Assembly (NCBI GenBank): GCA_963814375.1
Contig: CAWFCQ010000008.1
Coordinates: 493,519-557,518 of the forward strand
DNA: 64,000 bases
Direction: 5' to 3'
Source of the DNA: an uncultured Chloroflexia bacterium
GTDB taxonomy: Bacteria > Chloroflexota > Limnocylindria > QHBO01
In this document: in pieces, positions 11,904 through 24,624 of the stretch
How the letters are laid out: the number at the start of each line of letters is the position of its first letter
Position numbering within the stretch: position 1 is the stretch's first letter
The notes under the pieces: model-generated
Told to the model about the DNA's origin: nothing
The model's input: the letters and a program-made list of their open reading frames with translations, nothing else
Database searches by the model: none
Made by a program: the position numbers and the translations under genes

Positions 11904-12515
11904 ATGACGGACGCTCCGCGGCCCGCCCCGACCAACCGCACGCCGCCGCTTCACGACGAGGCGGCGGTCATCGCTCGTGCCGCGGACGGCGACCGCACGG
12001 CCTTCGCGCAGCTCATGGAGCACTACCAGAGCGCCTGCTACGGCCTCGCCTGGCGGCTTCTGAGCGACCCCGATCAGGCGGCCGATGCGACCCAGGACGC
12101 GTTCATCCACGCCTATCGGGCGATCGGAACGTACCGGGGCGGCGTCTTTCGTTCCTGGCTTCTCCGCATCACCGCAAACGCCAGCTACGACATCCTGCGG
12201 CGCCAGCAGCGTCGGCCGGCGTCACCGCTGCCGGATCCGGAGGAGGGGGCACCAGAGCTACCGGACGTCGCGGCCGTGAACCCGGACGTCGAGGCGACCC
12301 GCGGCGAGATGTATCGGCAGCTCGAGATCGCGCTGCGACGCCTGCCGGAGGACCAGCGGACCGCGATCGTGCTGTGCGACGTCTATGGCATGGACTACAA
12401 CGAGGTCGCGGCCATGACACAGTCGGCGCTCGGCACGGTGAAGTCGCGCATCCATCGGGGTCGCCTTCGCCTGCGCGAGCTGCTCGCCGAGCACCGGGAA
12501 CTGTTCACCCGATGA
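11904..12515 (+). CDS. ECF sigma-70 family sigma factor
   Basis: Region 2 (DATQDAFIHAY, FRSWLLRI) and region 4 (LPEDQR, YNEVA, GTVKSRIHRGR). Confidence 0.92.
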   Translation: MTDAPRPAPTNRTPPLHDEAAVIARAADGDRTAFAQLMEHYQSACYGLAWRLLSDPDQAADATQDAFIHAYRAIGTYRGGVFRSWLLRITANASYDILRRQQRRPASPLPDPEEGAPELPDVAAVNPDVEATRGEMYRQLEIALRRLPEDQRTAIVLCDVYGMDYNEVAAMTQSALGTVKSRIHRGRLRLRELLAEHRELFTR

Positions 12516-12534
12516 CCGCGTCTGGAGCGTTGGC

Positions 12535-13161
12535 ATGCTGATTCCGAACCACCCGGCCGATGAGCGCCTGTCCGCGCTGGCATCCAACGACCCCGATGCC
12601 ATCGCCGACCGCTCGCTCGCCGACCACGTCACCTCATGCGTCCGCTGCACCGACTCCGTCGAGGAGCTCGGTGCGCTCCGCGCGTCCCTGGCCGAACTGC
12701 CCGACCTGCATCCGAATCGGCCCCTCCGCCTCCTCCCCGACGCGGCCCCGAAGTCCGATGGGTTCGGCTCATGGGTGCGCCGGCTCTTCGCCCCTGCCCT
12801 CACCGCGGGGGCGGCGCTTGCCGTCGTGGGCCTGGTCGGCACGAGCGGCGTGACGAACCAGCTCTACCAGAACGCCGGCACCGACCTGGACGGGGCGGAT
12901 GCGGAAGTCGGCGCCGAGGCGCCGGGTGAGGCAGCGGGTGCGGGCGCGAGCCCGGTGGCGACCTACGACTCGCTCAGCGGTGCTCAACGGTCCAGCGGGG
13001 AGGCGCCAGCCGTAGCGGGCGAAGACGACAGCGAGAGCTTCGAACCCGTGACGCCCGCGCCAACCGAGACCTCCATCTTCCCGATCCTGCTCGTCAGTGG
13101 CCTGGCGGTGATCGCCGTCGCCCTCCTTCTGCGCTACGTGATCGTTCCGCGCGCCGGCTAG
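12535..13161 (+). CDS. Putative zinc-binding anti-sigma factor, membrane-bound
   Basis: HxxxCxxC motif (HVTSCVRC), two hydrophobic segments, directly after the ECF gene. Confidence 0.75.
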   Translation: MLIPNHPADERLSALASNDPDAIADRSLADHVTSCVRCTDSVEELGALRASLAELPDLHPNRPLRLLPDAAPKSDGFGSWVRRLFAPALTAGAALAVVGLVGTSGVTNQLYQNAGTDLDGADAEVGAEAPGEAAGAGASPVATYDSLSGAQRSSGEAPAVAGEDDSESFEPVTPAPTETSIFPILLVSGLAVIAVALLLRYVIVPRAG

Positions 13162-13172
13162 ACCGGGCAACG

Positions 13173-13691
13173 TCAGAGCGCGAGGCGACCCACCACCACG
13201 GCGCCAAGCAGCAAGGCCACCATCACGGCGCCGACGATGATCGCTGCCCATCCCGAGTCGCGGAATGTGGTCGGCATCGGCTCCGGCCGGGGAGGACGAC
13301 GGGTGCGGGGAATCGGGATCTCGCCCGGCTGACGAACGGTCCGGGGCGCTGCGCGGGTGTCGGCGGCAGTCGCGCGCCATGAGGCCCAGGTGCGCGTCGA
13401 GGACGGTGAGACCGGCCGGATCGGCGAGCGTGAGGCGGCCCAGTGGCCGGACGCGGGTGTTCCGGCCTCGGGGTAGGCGCGGTCGTACTCGCCGCGGCGG
13501 ATGGGGTTCGAGAGGATGGCCCACGCCTCGTTGATGCGGCGCATGCGCTCGTCGGCTGCGTCGGCGCCCTCGTGGAGGTCGGGGTGATGGCGCTTCGCCA
13601 GGCGCCGATGGGCACGTGCGACCTGGAGCGGCGTCGCGTCACGGGCGAGGCCGAGGGTCGCGTACGGATCCAGGGTACGGCGCGCCTCCAT
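13173..13691 (-). CDS. J-domain protein with C-terminal membrane anchor
   Basis: DPYATLG, HHPD and INEAWAILS J-domain motifs; hydrophobic C-terminus. Confidence 0.88.
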   Translation of the reverse strand: MEARRTLDPYATLGLARDATPLQVARAHRRLAKRHHPDLHEGADAADERMRRINEAWAILSNPIRRGEYDRAYPEAGTPASGHWAASRSPIRPVSPSSTRTWASWRATAADTRAAPRTVRQPGEIPIPRTRRPPRPEPMPTTFRDSGWAAIIVGAVMVALLLGAVVVGRLAL

Positions 13692-13779
13692 CGTCAGATT
13701 CTACGGGCCCGGAGGTCATTGCCCGCGCTCTCGCTCGCAGCCGCCGCGTGGGCGCCATCGGTCTAGACTGACCGCTCCG

Positions 13780-16671
13780 ATGCCCGACCGCCGCCCCCTC
13801 CTCATGCTCATCGACGGGCCGAGCCTGGTCTATCGCGGCTACTTCGCGCTGCCGCCCCTGACGCTCTCGGACGGGATGCTGGTCAACGCCGTATTCGGCT
13901 TTCTCCAGATCGTCCTGCGCGGGATGCAGGACGTGAAGCCGGACTACGCGATGGTCAGCTTCGACATCGGCAAGCCGCAGTTCCGGTTCGACGCCTACCC
14001 CGACTATAAGAAGGGTCGTCCGAGCATGCCGGACGACCTGCGCGCCCAGTTCCCGATCGTGCGCGAGATCGCCGGGATGATGAACATCCCCATCCGAGAG
14101 CTCAGCGGCTACGAGGCCGATGATGTCATTGGCACCCTCACGAAGCGCGCCACCGCGGAGGGCGTCGACACCATGATCGTGTCGGGTGACCTCGACGGTC
14201 TCCAGCTGGTCGACGATCACGTGCGGCTGCTCACCACCCGAATGGGCGTCGCCGCGACCGTCATCTACGACGAGGCCAGGGTGATGGAGCGCTACGGCCT
14301 GCGTCCCGACCAGATGCTCGACTACAAGGCGCTCAAGGGCGACACCTCCGACAACATCCCCGGCGTCCCGGGAGTGGGGGAGAAGACCGCCAGCAGCCTT
14401 CTTCAGCAGTTCGGCACGCTCGACGGCATCTACGAGCATCTCGACGAGGTGAAGGGCAAGCTGCGCGATCGGCTCGCCGAGCACCGTGAGTCCGCCTTCA
14501 TGTCGCGCGAGGTCGGCCGGATCGTCATCGACCTACCGGTCGAGCTGGACCTGGAGGAGGGGCGAACCGGCCGATACGATCGCCGCGCAGTCGCGCAGCG
14601 CTTCCGCGAGCTCGAGTTCCGCTCGCTCATCGACCGTCTCCCGGCTTCGAGCATCGCCCCGACCGGATACGACAGCCCCGAGGCCGAAACCAAGGGCGGG
14701 CTCCAGCTCAGCCTCGACTTGCTGGGTGGCAAGCCCGTGCCGGCCGACGGCGCCGCCGCCCCTCCACTCGTCCGGCCTGACCCGCTCGCCGATCCGGGAG
14801 GCGCCATCGAGCATGTCGATCCGCGGATCGTGCGGACGCCCGCCGACATGGCGGAGCTCGACGCGTGGCTCGAGGCGCACGGCGACGAGATCGGCCTCGG
14901 CTGGGCCGTTGGCAGCGGCCGGCCGCTGGAGCGGCACCTGCTCGGCCTCGCCCTGGCCGGCGGCGACGGGAGCAGCTGGTACCTGCCCTGCGACCGAGCG
15001 AGCGTCGCCGCCGAGCGGCTGCCCGCCTGGTTCGGGCGCGAGGATCGCCGTCGCATCGGCCACGACCTCAAGCAGCTGGCGACGACGCTCGCCGCCGATC
15101 GCGGCGTCGAGATGCGCGGAACCTTCTTCGACACGCTCGTCGCGGGCTACATGTGCAATCCCGCGCTACGCTCGCAGACGCTCGAGGACGTTGCGGCGAC
15201 GCGCTTCGGCACGGATCTGCCCGCGCGCGCCGTCAGCGCCGACACCGGCGCCGAGGAGGGAGCGGTGGCGCGGCGAGCGGCCGGCGAGGCATTGACCACG
15301 CTGCTCATGGCACCGGCCCTCGAGCGGGAGCTGGCGGAGGGCGGACTGACCAATCTCTTCGACGAGGTCGAGATGCCGCTCGTCCCGGTCCTCGCCCGCA
15401 TGGAGCTCGCGGGTGTGCAGCTCGACCTGGAGGCGCTGGCGGCGATGCGCGAGGAGTTCGGCGCGACCCTGGCCGGGCTCGAGTCCCGCATCTTCGAGCT
15501 CGTCGGGCACGAGTTCAACATCGGCTCACCCAAGCAGCTCGAGCAGATCCTCTTCCACGAGCTCGAGCTGCCTGCCACGAAGCGGACGCGCACCGGGTTC
15601 TCGACGGATGCATCGGTCCTGGAGGAGCTTCGGGACAAGCACGAGGTGATCGGCCTGATCCTGGAGCACCGCCAGGTTGCCAAGCTCAAGTCGACCTACG
15701 TCGACGCGCTCCCGACGCTGGTCGACCCCGAGGGCCGCCTGCACACGACCTACCAGCAGGCGGTGGCCGCGACCGGGCGTCTGTCGAGCACCGATCCGAA
15801 CCTCCAGAACATCCCGATCCGGACGGCGCTCGGGCCGCCGCATTCGGCGCGCCTTCGTCGCCGCCGCCGGGACGGCTCCTGCTCGGCGCGGACTACTCGC
15901 AGCAGGAGCTGCGCATCCTCGCCCACGTGTCAGCCGATCCGGGACTGCGCGCCGACTTCGAGGCGCACTCGGACATCCATCTCGCCGCGGCCGCCCGGGT
16001 GCTGGGCCTCTCCGCCGACCAGGTCGGGCCGAAGGAGCGCAGCGTTGCGAAGATGATCAACTACGGCATCGCCTACGGGCTCTCCGACTATGGCCTTGCC
16101 GAGCGGCTGAAGATCCCGCGCGAGGAGGCGCAGAGATTCATCGCGGACTACTTCGCCGCCTACGAGGGGATTCGCCGCTACACCGTCGAGATGAAGATCC
16201 TCGCTCGCGACCAGGGCTTCGTCACCACGCTGCTCGGCCGGCGCCGATACCTGCCGGAGCTGACCGCCCGCAACGGGGCGCTGCGATCGGCCGGTGAGCG
16301 GATGGCCATCAACATGCCGATCCAGGGCACTGCCGCAGACGGGATGAAGATCGCGATGGTTCGGGTCGATGCGGCGCTGCACGACGCGCGGCCTCGCGTC
16401 TCGGATGCTGCTCCAGGTCCACGACGAGCTCGTGTTCGAGACCGACGAGTCGGAGCTGCCGGAGCTCGCCGCGCTCGTGACGGAGATCATGGAGGGCGCG
16501 CTGCCGCTCGACGTGCCGCTCGAGGTCGACCTCAAGGTGGGCTCAAACTGGGAGCAGATGGACCGATACCTCGCTTCCGACGACGGCACCTGGAGGCGCA
16601 TGCCGAAGACGGCCGACGCGGTCGCCCGGGAAGAGGCCGAGGAGGAGCTCGCCGCCGAGCTGGTGTCGTAG
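13780..16671 (+). CDS. polA: DNA polymerase I (frameshifts near 15840-15870 and 16390)
   Basis: 5'-3' exonuclease motifs (GYEADDVIGTL, GDTSDNIPGVPGVGEKTA) and Pol A motifs (TGRLSSTDPNLQNIP, ADYSQQELR, INYGIAYG, NMPIQGTAAD, QVHDELVFE). Confidence 0.95.
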
Positions 16672-16678
16672 CGACACC

Positions 16679-17593
16679 ATGCCGGAGCTGCCCGAGGTCG
16701 AGACGGTCGCGCGCGACCTGCAGCGCTGGGTCGCGGGCGCCACGATCCGCGACGCGACGGTCCACTGGGACCGGACGATCCGCCATCCGCAGCCGCCCGA
16801 GCGCTTCATCGCGGAGGTGAGCGGCGCGACGATCCGCCGCGTTTCCCGCCGTGCGAAGACGGTCCTTCTCCATCTCGAGGACGGGCGCGTGATGACCGTG
16901 GCGCTGCGCATGACCGGCGCGCTGCTGGTGACGCCGGGCGGGACTCCGCCTGACCCGTACGTGCGGGTCGTCTTCGCGCTGGCGGACGGACGGGAGCTGC
17001 GCTACCGGGACGTGAGGAAGTTCGGTCGGATCGGGCTCTGGCCCGGTGGAGGACTGCGCAGCGTCGGCGCGGGGCGAGGCGCACGGTCGCGCAAGGTGGG
17101 GGAGGGCGGGCGCCAATATCGGATCGGCGAGGTGTTCAGCGGCCATGGACCCGAGCCCCTCCAGCGAAGCTTCACCGCGTCGCGGTTCGCAGAGCGGCTG
17201 TCACGGCGCTCGGCGAAGCTGAAGACGCTGCTGCTCGACCAGACCTTCATCGCGGGCGTGGGGAACATCTACGCCGACGAGGCACTGTGGCGCGCTCGCC
17301 TCCATCCGCTGCGTGGGGCCGACACGCTCACGCCGCAGGAGATCCGACGCCTGCACCGGGCCGTGCGGCAGGTTCTGCGGCAGGGGATCGAGAACCGCGG
17401 CTCGAGCTTCAGCGACTACGTCGGAGCGGACGGGGAGCCCGGCGACAACGCCGAGCGGCTGGCGGTCTATCGGCGCACGGAGCAGCCGTGCTACCGATGC
17501 GGACGCCGGATCGAGCGAATCGTGGTCGGGCAGCGCAGCACGCACTTCTGCCCGAGATGCCAGCGCGAGGCGGTAGCATCGGTCGAGCCATGA
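16679..17593 (+). CDS. mutM: Formamidopyrimidine-DNA glycosylase Fpg
   Basis: MPELPEVE start, GVGNIYADE H2TH motif, C-terminal zinc finger CYRC...CPRCQ. Confidence 0.96.
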   Translation: MPELPEVETVARDLQRWVAGATIRDATVHWDRTIRHPQPPERFIAEVSGATIRRVSRRAKTVLLHLEDGRVMTVALRMTGALLVTPGGTPPDPYVRVVFALADGRELRYRDVRKFGRIGLWPGGGLRSVGAGRGARSRKVGEGGRQYRIGEVFSGHGPEPLQRSFTASRFAERLSRRSAKLKTLLLDQTFIAGVGNIYADEALWRARLHPLRGADTLTPQEIRRLHRAVRQVLRQGIENRGSSFSDYVGADGEPGDNAERLAVYRRTEQPCYRCGRRIERIVVGQRSTHFCPRCQREAVASVEP

Positions 17594-18162
17594 AGGTGAT
17601 CGGCCTGACCGGCAACATCGGCTGCGGCAAGAGCACCGTGGCGGCCATGCTGCGGGAACGAGGGGTAGCCACCGTCGACGCGGATGCCGTCGCGCGCGAG
17701 ATCCGCCACAACGATGCCGATGCCCGCGCCGCGATCGAACGCCGCTTCGGCACGTACGAGGCCGGCGAGCTGGCGGCCATCGTCTTCACCGATGCAGAGG
17801 CGCTGCGTGACCTCGAGCAGATCCTCCATCCCCGCGTCCGCGGCGCGATCCGGGCGCGGCTGGCCGAGCTCGAGCAGGGCGGCGTGGAGGTCGCCGCGGT
17901 CGAGGTGATCAAGCTGTTCGAGTCGCCGCTGGCCGATGCGTGCGACGCGGTATGGGTGGTGCGCTGCGACGAGGCGGACGCGATCCGGCGCCTCGCGGCC
18001 TCGCGCTCGATGGACGAGGAGACGGCGCGCCAGCGGCTGGCCAACCAGTCGTCGCAGGACGAGAAGGTGGCCAGGGCCGACGTCGTCATCGACGGCTCCG
18101 CACCGATGGAGGAGACGCGTCGCCAGGTCGAGCGAGCCCTGGCGACGCTGAGCGCGGGCTAG
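17590..18162 (+). CDS. coaE: Dephospho-CoA kinase
   Basis: MKVIGLTGNIGCGKSTV, DAD, LEQILHPRV; conserved polA-mutM-coaE order. Confidence 0.93.
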   Translation: MKVIGLTGNIGCGKSTVAAMLRERGVATVDADAVAREIRHNDADARAAIERRFGTYEAGELAAIVFTDAEALRDLEQILHPRVRGAIRARLAELEQGGVEVAAVEVIKLFESPLADACDAVWVVRCDEADAIRRLAASRSMDEETARQRLANQSSQDEKVARADVVIDGSAPMEETRRQVERALATLSAG

Positions 18163-18986
18163 GGCGCCTCGGCAGCCTGGGGTGGCTCGAACTCCGGCGG
18201 TCGCGGAACGGGGAACCCGAACTCCTCGACGAGCCGATCGACGGTCGAGCCCTCGGTGTCCGCGGTCCGGTCGTCCTCCATCGGCCGAAGTGCCATGGTG
18301 AACGTGCCGCCGACGGCGACGAGCTCCGCGACCTTCTCCGCGGTCTCGAGGTCGGCCCGGACGATGTAGACCTCGCCGGTGCGCGCGAGGATGGTGATCG
18401 ACTGGAGCGTGACCTTGGTCGACGGACCCGGGATCACGTCGGCCGCCTGCGCCTCGGCCTCCACCTCGGTCTGCCCGACCTCTGGGTTGAGCGGCATCGT
18501 CACGATCAGGTCGACCTTCTGGCCCGGCACGAGCGTGCCGGCCACGGCGTTCGCATCGGCAACGGTGAGGCTGACGGCGCGGACGTCCGGCCCATTCGGG
18601 TCGAACTCGGCGCCCGCGTCGAGGATCGAGAAGGTCTGGCCCTCCGTCGTCGAGGCGAGGACGTTACGGGTGACGAGCTGCCCGGTCGCGACCGGAATGC
18701 CGGCGATCCGACCGAGGACCTCGTCGAGGCGCCTGAAGGCCGTCTCGTTCGTGGCATCGGCGACGACGGTGCGGACGATCACATCGCCCTCCTCGATCGC
18801 CTTGCGGGCCGGGATGTCACGGGTGGCGACGACCACCTCGCGCATCTCGACGTCGCGGCTCGTCGTGAGCCCGCTCGCCTGGAGGGCGACGTAGACCGTG
18901 CCCGCCACGAGCAGCGCGACGATGACCCCCACCACGATGTAGAGCTTCGAACGGCGCCGGTTCTTGTCGGTGTACTCGAGTTCCAC
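18159..18986 (-). CDS. cpaB: Flp pilus assembly protein CpaB/RcpC
   Basis: N-terminal TM, SAF domain (VVVATRDIPA), RAVSL...VAGTLVPGQKVDLI. Confidence 0.85.
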   Translation of the reverse strand: MELEYTDKNRRRSKLYIVVGVIVALLVAGTVYVALQASGLTTSRDVEMREVVVATRDIPARKAIEEGDVIVRTVVADATNETAFRRLDEVLGRIAGIPVATGQLVTRNVLASTTEGQTFSILDAGAEFDPNGPDVRAVSLTVADANAVAGTLVPGQKVDLIVTMPLNPEVGQTEVEAEAQAADVIPGPSTKVTLQSITILARTGEVYIVRADLETAEKVAELVAVGGTFTMALRPMEDDRTADTEGSTVDRLVEEFGFPVPRPPEFEPPQAAEAP

Positions 18987-19022
18987 GGGGATCTGCGCTC
19001 CTCAGCTGATTTACGGGCTCTG

Positions 19023-21002
19023 TCAGGACCAGGGCACCAGCCGGGAGCGCTGTGCTCGCCGGAGGCTCGGGTCCTGGGGGTCGGCCGAGATGCCGGAGAC
19101 GGCGTGGCCGATGATGTCGTTGGAGTCGATCGAGTCGATGTGGAAGACGGCGTAGCCGATGACATCCACGTACTGGCCGCTGCTGCTGCTGCTGGCCACG
19201 GTGAAGCGGACGGTGTCGAGATGCGTGACGGGCTGGCCGTTGCTGTTCGTCCCGTGGCCGCGGATGTTGAACAGGTAGCACCCCTGGGCTAGGCCGGAGG
19301 TGTTGATGGTGAGCGTCGAGAGGGTCCCCGTCCCGGTCGACGGCACGACCGACGTCGAGCTGAATCCGATCGAGGCCGTGCCCAGCGATCGCGGCTGGAG
19401 GCTGCATGTGGTCAGGGAGTCGGTATCCCAGCTGAGCGCCACGTTCGTCTCGGCCGCGGGGCCGCTGCCCCAGTTCGCCGTGCTCGTCCCGGTCGAGACC
19501 CGCAGCGGCAGGGTGATCGTGCCGCCGAGAACCTCCGTCGATCCGTCCACGATCGAGTTGGCGAGGCTGAAGTCGCGGGTCGTCCGGATGTCGACCGCGT
19601 CGTTGTAGTCGCCGTCGTTGTTGCCATCGGTCTGAACGCGCACGGCGACCGGGACACGCCGCTGCTGGTAGTAGGGGTTGCCCGACTCGCCCTCGAGCCA
19701 CACCGCGTAGATTCCCGGTGGGATCGCGTTCGTCTGCATGTCGTTCATCCGGACGCTGGTGCCGCCCGTGGTCGGCTGGAAGACGTTCACCGACCAGATC
19801 GGCTCGGTCATGTCGCCGGCTGCGGGAGGGGTGACCGATGGATCGGGAAGGATGTCGAGGGCAGGCATGCCGAGGGCCGCGGCGGCGGCGTCCCCGACCA
19901 TGTTCAGAGTGACCGTGCTGGTGAATGCCGCGTTGCGTGACACGGTGAACGTGGGCCCGTCGTACGGCGCGGTCGTCGTCGAGGCCAGCGTGATCTCCGC
20001 CGGCGGCACGATCGCGAAGTCGGGGATCTGCATCACCGTGCCGTCGTAGACCGCAAGCAGGACGCGGTCGCCCGGGCGGTATGCGTCACCGAAGGGCTGG
20101 ACGATATGGGCACTGCTGTTCCCGGAGAGGACGGCCACCTGGGTGTCGCCGGTGGGCGGCACGCTCACGGCGGGGAAGGCCGGCCCGGGATAGCCGGTAT
20201 AGAGATACTCGCCCTGCATGTCCTTGAGCGTGTTCGGGTTGGTCCCGGCGGTGACCCCGTTGTAGTAGACGCGCGTGTCGACACCCTCGAAGTTGCGGAC
20301 GTCGAGGGCGACGAATCCGCGGAAGCTCGAGTCGTTGTTCGACTTGGCACCGGGCCCGTAGATCGAGAACTGCAGCCCGGGCGCCGCCTCGCTTGCGGGC
20401 GACCCGTGCGCCGTAGCCGCGCGGATTCGCCGAATCGACCGATCCGGTCGAGCTCGTCGCGGCGGTCGCGAGATGGTCGACGAATCCCGCCGCCCGGTCC
20501 AGGTGGCCTCGAGTAGCGCCGCGCGACGAGCGGCACGGCCGGGCCGCCCTGGAGGTCGCAGCGCGCACGGGCGCCGGTCTCCAGCGTCGAGATGCCCACG
20601 ACCTGTCGCAAGTGCGGTGTCCACCGTGGATGAGATGGCGACGCGGACCTTGGTGCCGGCGACCACGATGCCGCTGACGAGCTCATCGGCGTCGATCACG
20701 CCGCTGCCGTCCTCGTCCGTGTAGGTGGGCGGGGAGTCGATCGTTGCCACCGCGCCGCTCGGTGAGCCGGTCAGGTTGGCGAGGGCCACCTGGCGCGCCG
20801 TTGTCGCTGCCGTCGAGTCCGTCGCGCCGGCGATCAGCTCGCGGCAGGCAGCCAGGGCGGCGGCATCGGCTGCGGTCTGGGCGTGGCGCCGCTCTGCCAC
20901 CTGCCGGCCGAGGTCGATCGCGATGCCGGCGAAGCCGAGCAGGATGACCAGGAGGATCGAGAAGATCACGAGGACCTGGCCCCGCGGCGCAGCGCGGTCC
21001 AT
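19023..21002 (-). CDS. TadG-like large pseudopilin/adhesin (compensating frameshifts near 20400-20610)
   Basis: RGQVLVIFSILL...IDLG...QTAADAAALAA N-terminus; long Thr/Gly/Ser-rich extracellular region. Confidence 0.8.
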   Translation of the reverse strand: MDRAAPRGQVLVIFSILLVILLGFAGIAIDLGRQVAERRHAQTAADAAALAACRELIAGATDSTAATTARQVALANLTGSPSGAVATIDSPPTYTDEDGSGVIDADELVSGIVVAGTKVRVAISSTVDTALATGRGHLDAGDRRPCALRPPGRPGRAARRAALLEATWTGRRDSSTISRPPRRARPDRSIRRIRAATAHGSPASEAAPGLQFSIYGPGAKSNNDSSFRGFVALDVRNFEGVDTRVYYNGVTAGTNPNTLKDMQGEYLYTGYPGPAFPAVSVPPTGDTQVAVLSGNSSAHIVQPFGDAYRPGDRVLLAVYDGTVMQIPDFAIVPPAEITLASTTTAPYDGPTFTVSRNAAFTSTVTLNMVGDAAAAALGMPALDILPDPSVTPPAAGDMTEPIWSVNVFQPTTGGTSVRMNDMQTNAIPPGIYAVWLEGESGNPYYQQRRVPVAVRVQTDGNNDGDYNDAVDIRTTRDFSLANSIVDGSTEVLGGTITLPLRVSTGTSTANWGSGPAAETNVALSWDTDSLTTCSLQPRSLGTASIGFSSTSVVPSTGTGTLSTLTINTSGLAQGCYLFNIRGHGTNSNGQPVTHLDTVRFTVASSSSSGQYVDVIGYAVFHIDSIDSNDIIGHAVSGISADPQDPSLRRAQRSRLVPWS

Positions 21003-21607
21003 CAGTTCACCACCATCGTGGCGGTGGCAACCTGGACGAATCGCCCGTTGGCATCCGTGGAGAGGATCGCCCCGATGAACGGGACGATGATGTCGGATCG
21101 ATAGGTGACGCTCACCTGGACGAGGCATCCGGCAGGGTCGTCGGCCGTGCAGTAGGTCCCGGCCGTCGGGCACGGGCTGGTCGGGGTGGCCATGGCGCTG
21201 CAGAGCGTGATGGTGATGTCGCCGTTCACCCATCTGTCGTGCTTGCCGTCGCCGTTGAGGTCGCTGGCCGATCCAGCCGGGCAGGGTCGGGTGGCGACGA
21301 AATGCGGCGAGGTCGCGGTCAGCAGCCCGAACGAGTGGCGGGCTCCGTCGAGCGCGGTCGTGCAGCGGTCGAGGTCGTTGACGGCCCGGGATGCGGCGAT
21401 GTCGTACTGCGAGATCGTGGCGCCGCGGGCCGCCTCGCGCGCGGCGTTCGTCAGCGTGACGTGTGCTCCGAGGAGGAGCCCGAACTGGATGACGCCGACG
21501 ACGAGGAGCAGGACGGGCATGAGCACGGCCGCGAACTCGACCATTGCCTGGCCACCCGGTGAAGCCGGGCTCGGCGCAGTACGGTGCTCGGGGGTGGGCT
21601 GAGACAA
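21002..21607 (-). CDS. TadE-like pseudopilin (start uncertain)
   Basis: GQAMVEFAAVLMPVLLL...AAREAAR TadE motif; Cys-rich C-terminal part; stop overlaps the next ATG. Confidence 0.85.
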   Translation of the reverse strand: MSQPTPEHRTAPSPASPGGQAMVEFAAVLMPVLLLVVGVIQFGLLLGAHVTLTNAAREAARGATISQYDIAASRAVNDLDRCTTALDGARHSFGLLTATSPHFVATRPCPAGSASDLNGDGKHDRWVNGDITITLCSAMATPTSPCPTAGTYCTADDPAGCLVQVSVTYRSDIIVPFIGAILSTDANGRFVQVATATMVVN

Positions 21608-21833
21608 CTCGGTGGGCCGTTGCTCGTTCGGTTGGATGGCGGGCAGCCAACCGGATCGTAGGAACGGTTCCCTGGTACCGGTATAGGCCGTTGGGGGATG
21701 TCCGCATGGGACAGATGGAAGGGCTGGCGCGTCGCGCACACGCCCTGTCAGCGCTTCTATCACTGTTGATATATCCGCTGAGCGGAGCGGCCGCCACCGC
21801 CCAACGAAGACTGGTTCAGACGCTCAGCCCATC

Positions 21834-21866
21834 CCTGACAGCCCTTGTCAGGATCGCCGCTAGAAT
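21834..21866 (+). promoter_or_regulatory. uvrB promoter with palindrome CCTGACA-N5-TGTCAGG and -10 TAGAAT
   Basis: Perfect 7-bp arms at 21834-21852; TAGAAT at 21861-21866; ATG 8 nt later. Confidence 0.55.
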
Positions 21867-21874
21867 CGAACTCG

Positions 21875-24015
<2,141 letters not shown>

Positions 24016-24016
<1 letters not shown>

Positions 24017-24624
24017 TGGCGGGCACGATGCCGCACGCCATCTTCATCGAGACCGACGTCGACGGCCAGGGGCTCGTCGGCGCGTACGCCGCCGAGCTGC
24101 CCGGGTGTGCGGTCTTCGCCAGCACGGATGACGAGGCCGCGGGCGGCATGCCGATGAGGGTGAGCCGCTTCACGGCATGGCTGCGGGACCAGGGCGAGCC
24201 GGCGGCGACCTTCGTGGGCGACAACTGGTACGAGGTCGAGCGTTCGGCCGCCGCCGCCGACGGCCGGCGCGCCTCGTTCACGCTCGACGAGCTGCCGCCG
24301 TCCGACGAGGAGTTCTCGACCTGGCTCCGCTGGCTCGAGCTCGCGCGCGAGTCGCTCGCGGAGGCGCTCGACCGCGGGGATCCGGCGGCGGCTGCGGACC
24401 AGCTCGACGCGATCGAGCGCCAGGACGTGACCTTCGTGCGGGACCTCGGAGGCGGCGCCCCGGAGCTGTCGAGCGACCCGATCGATCGGCTCTACGCGGC
24501 GCGTGACGCGCTCACCGATGCGCTCGAGGCGGCGGGCCCGGCGCAGGACGGAGTGCGACGCATGCTGCGCCTGGCGATCGCGGACGACCTGAGGGCGGCC
24601 GATGCCCTCCGTCCGCCGGCGTGA
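24016..24624 (+). CDS. Hypothetical protein with a HicB-like N-terminal motif
   Basis: AELPGCAVFASTDDEA resembles the HicB LPGC..G.T.EEA motif; helical C-terminus; coupled to uvrB. Confidence 0.6.

Noticed and set aside
15830-16400. Programmed frameshifting or a split polA
   Set aside because: No slippery heptamer is apparent; the breaks fall in GC-rich stretches like the other indels.
21608-21760. c-di-GMP riboswitch upstream of the Tad cassette
   Set aside because: Class I and II signature elements were not found by eye; an Infernal/Rfam scan would be decisive.
19023-21797. 924-aa single ORF from the ORF track
   Set aside because: Its N-terminal part is an off-frame reading of tadE; the real TadG-like start is at 21002.
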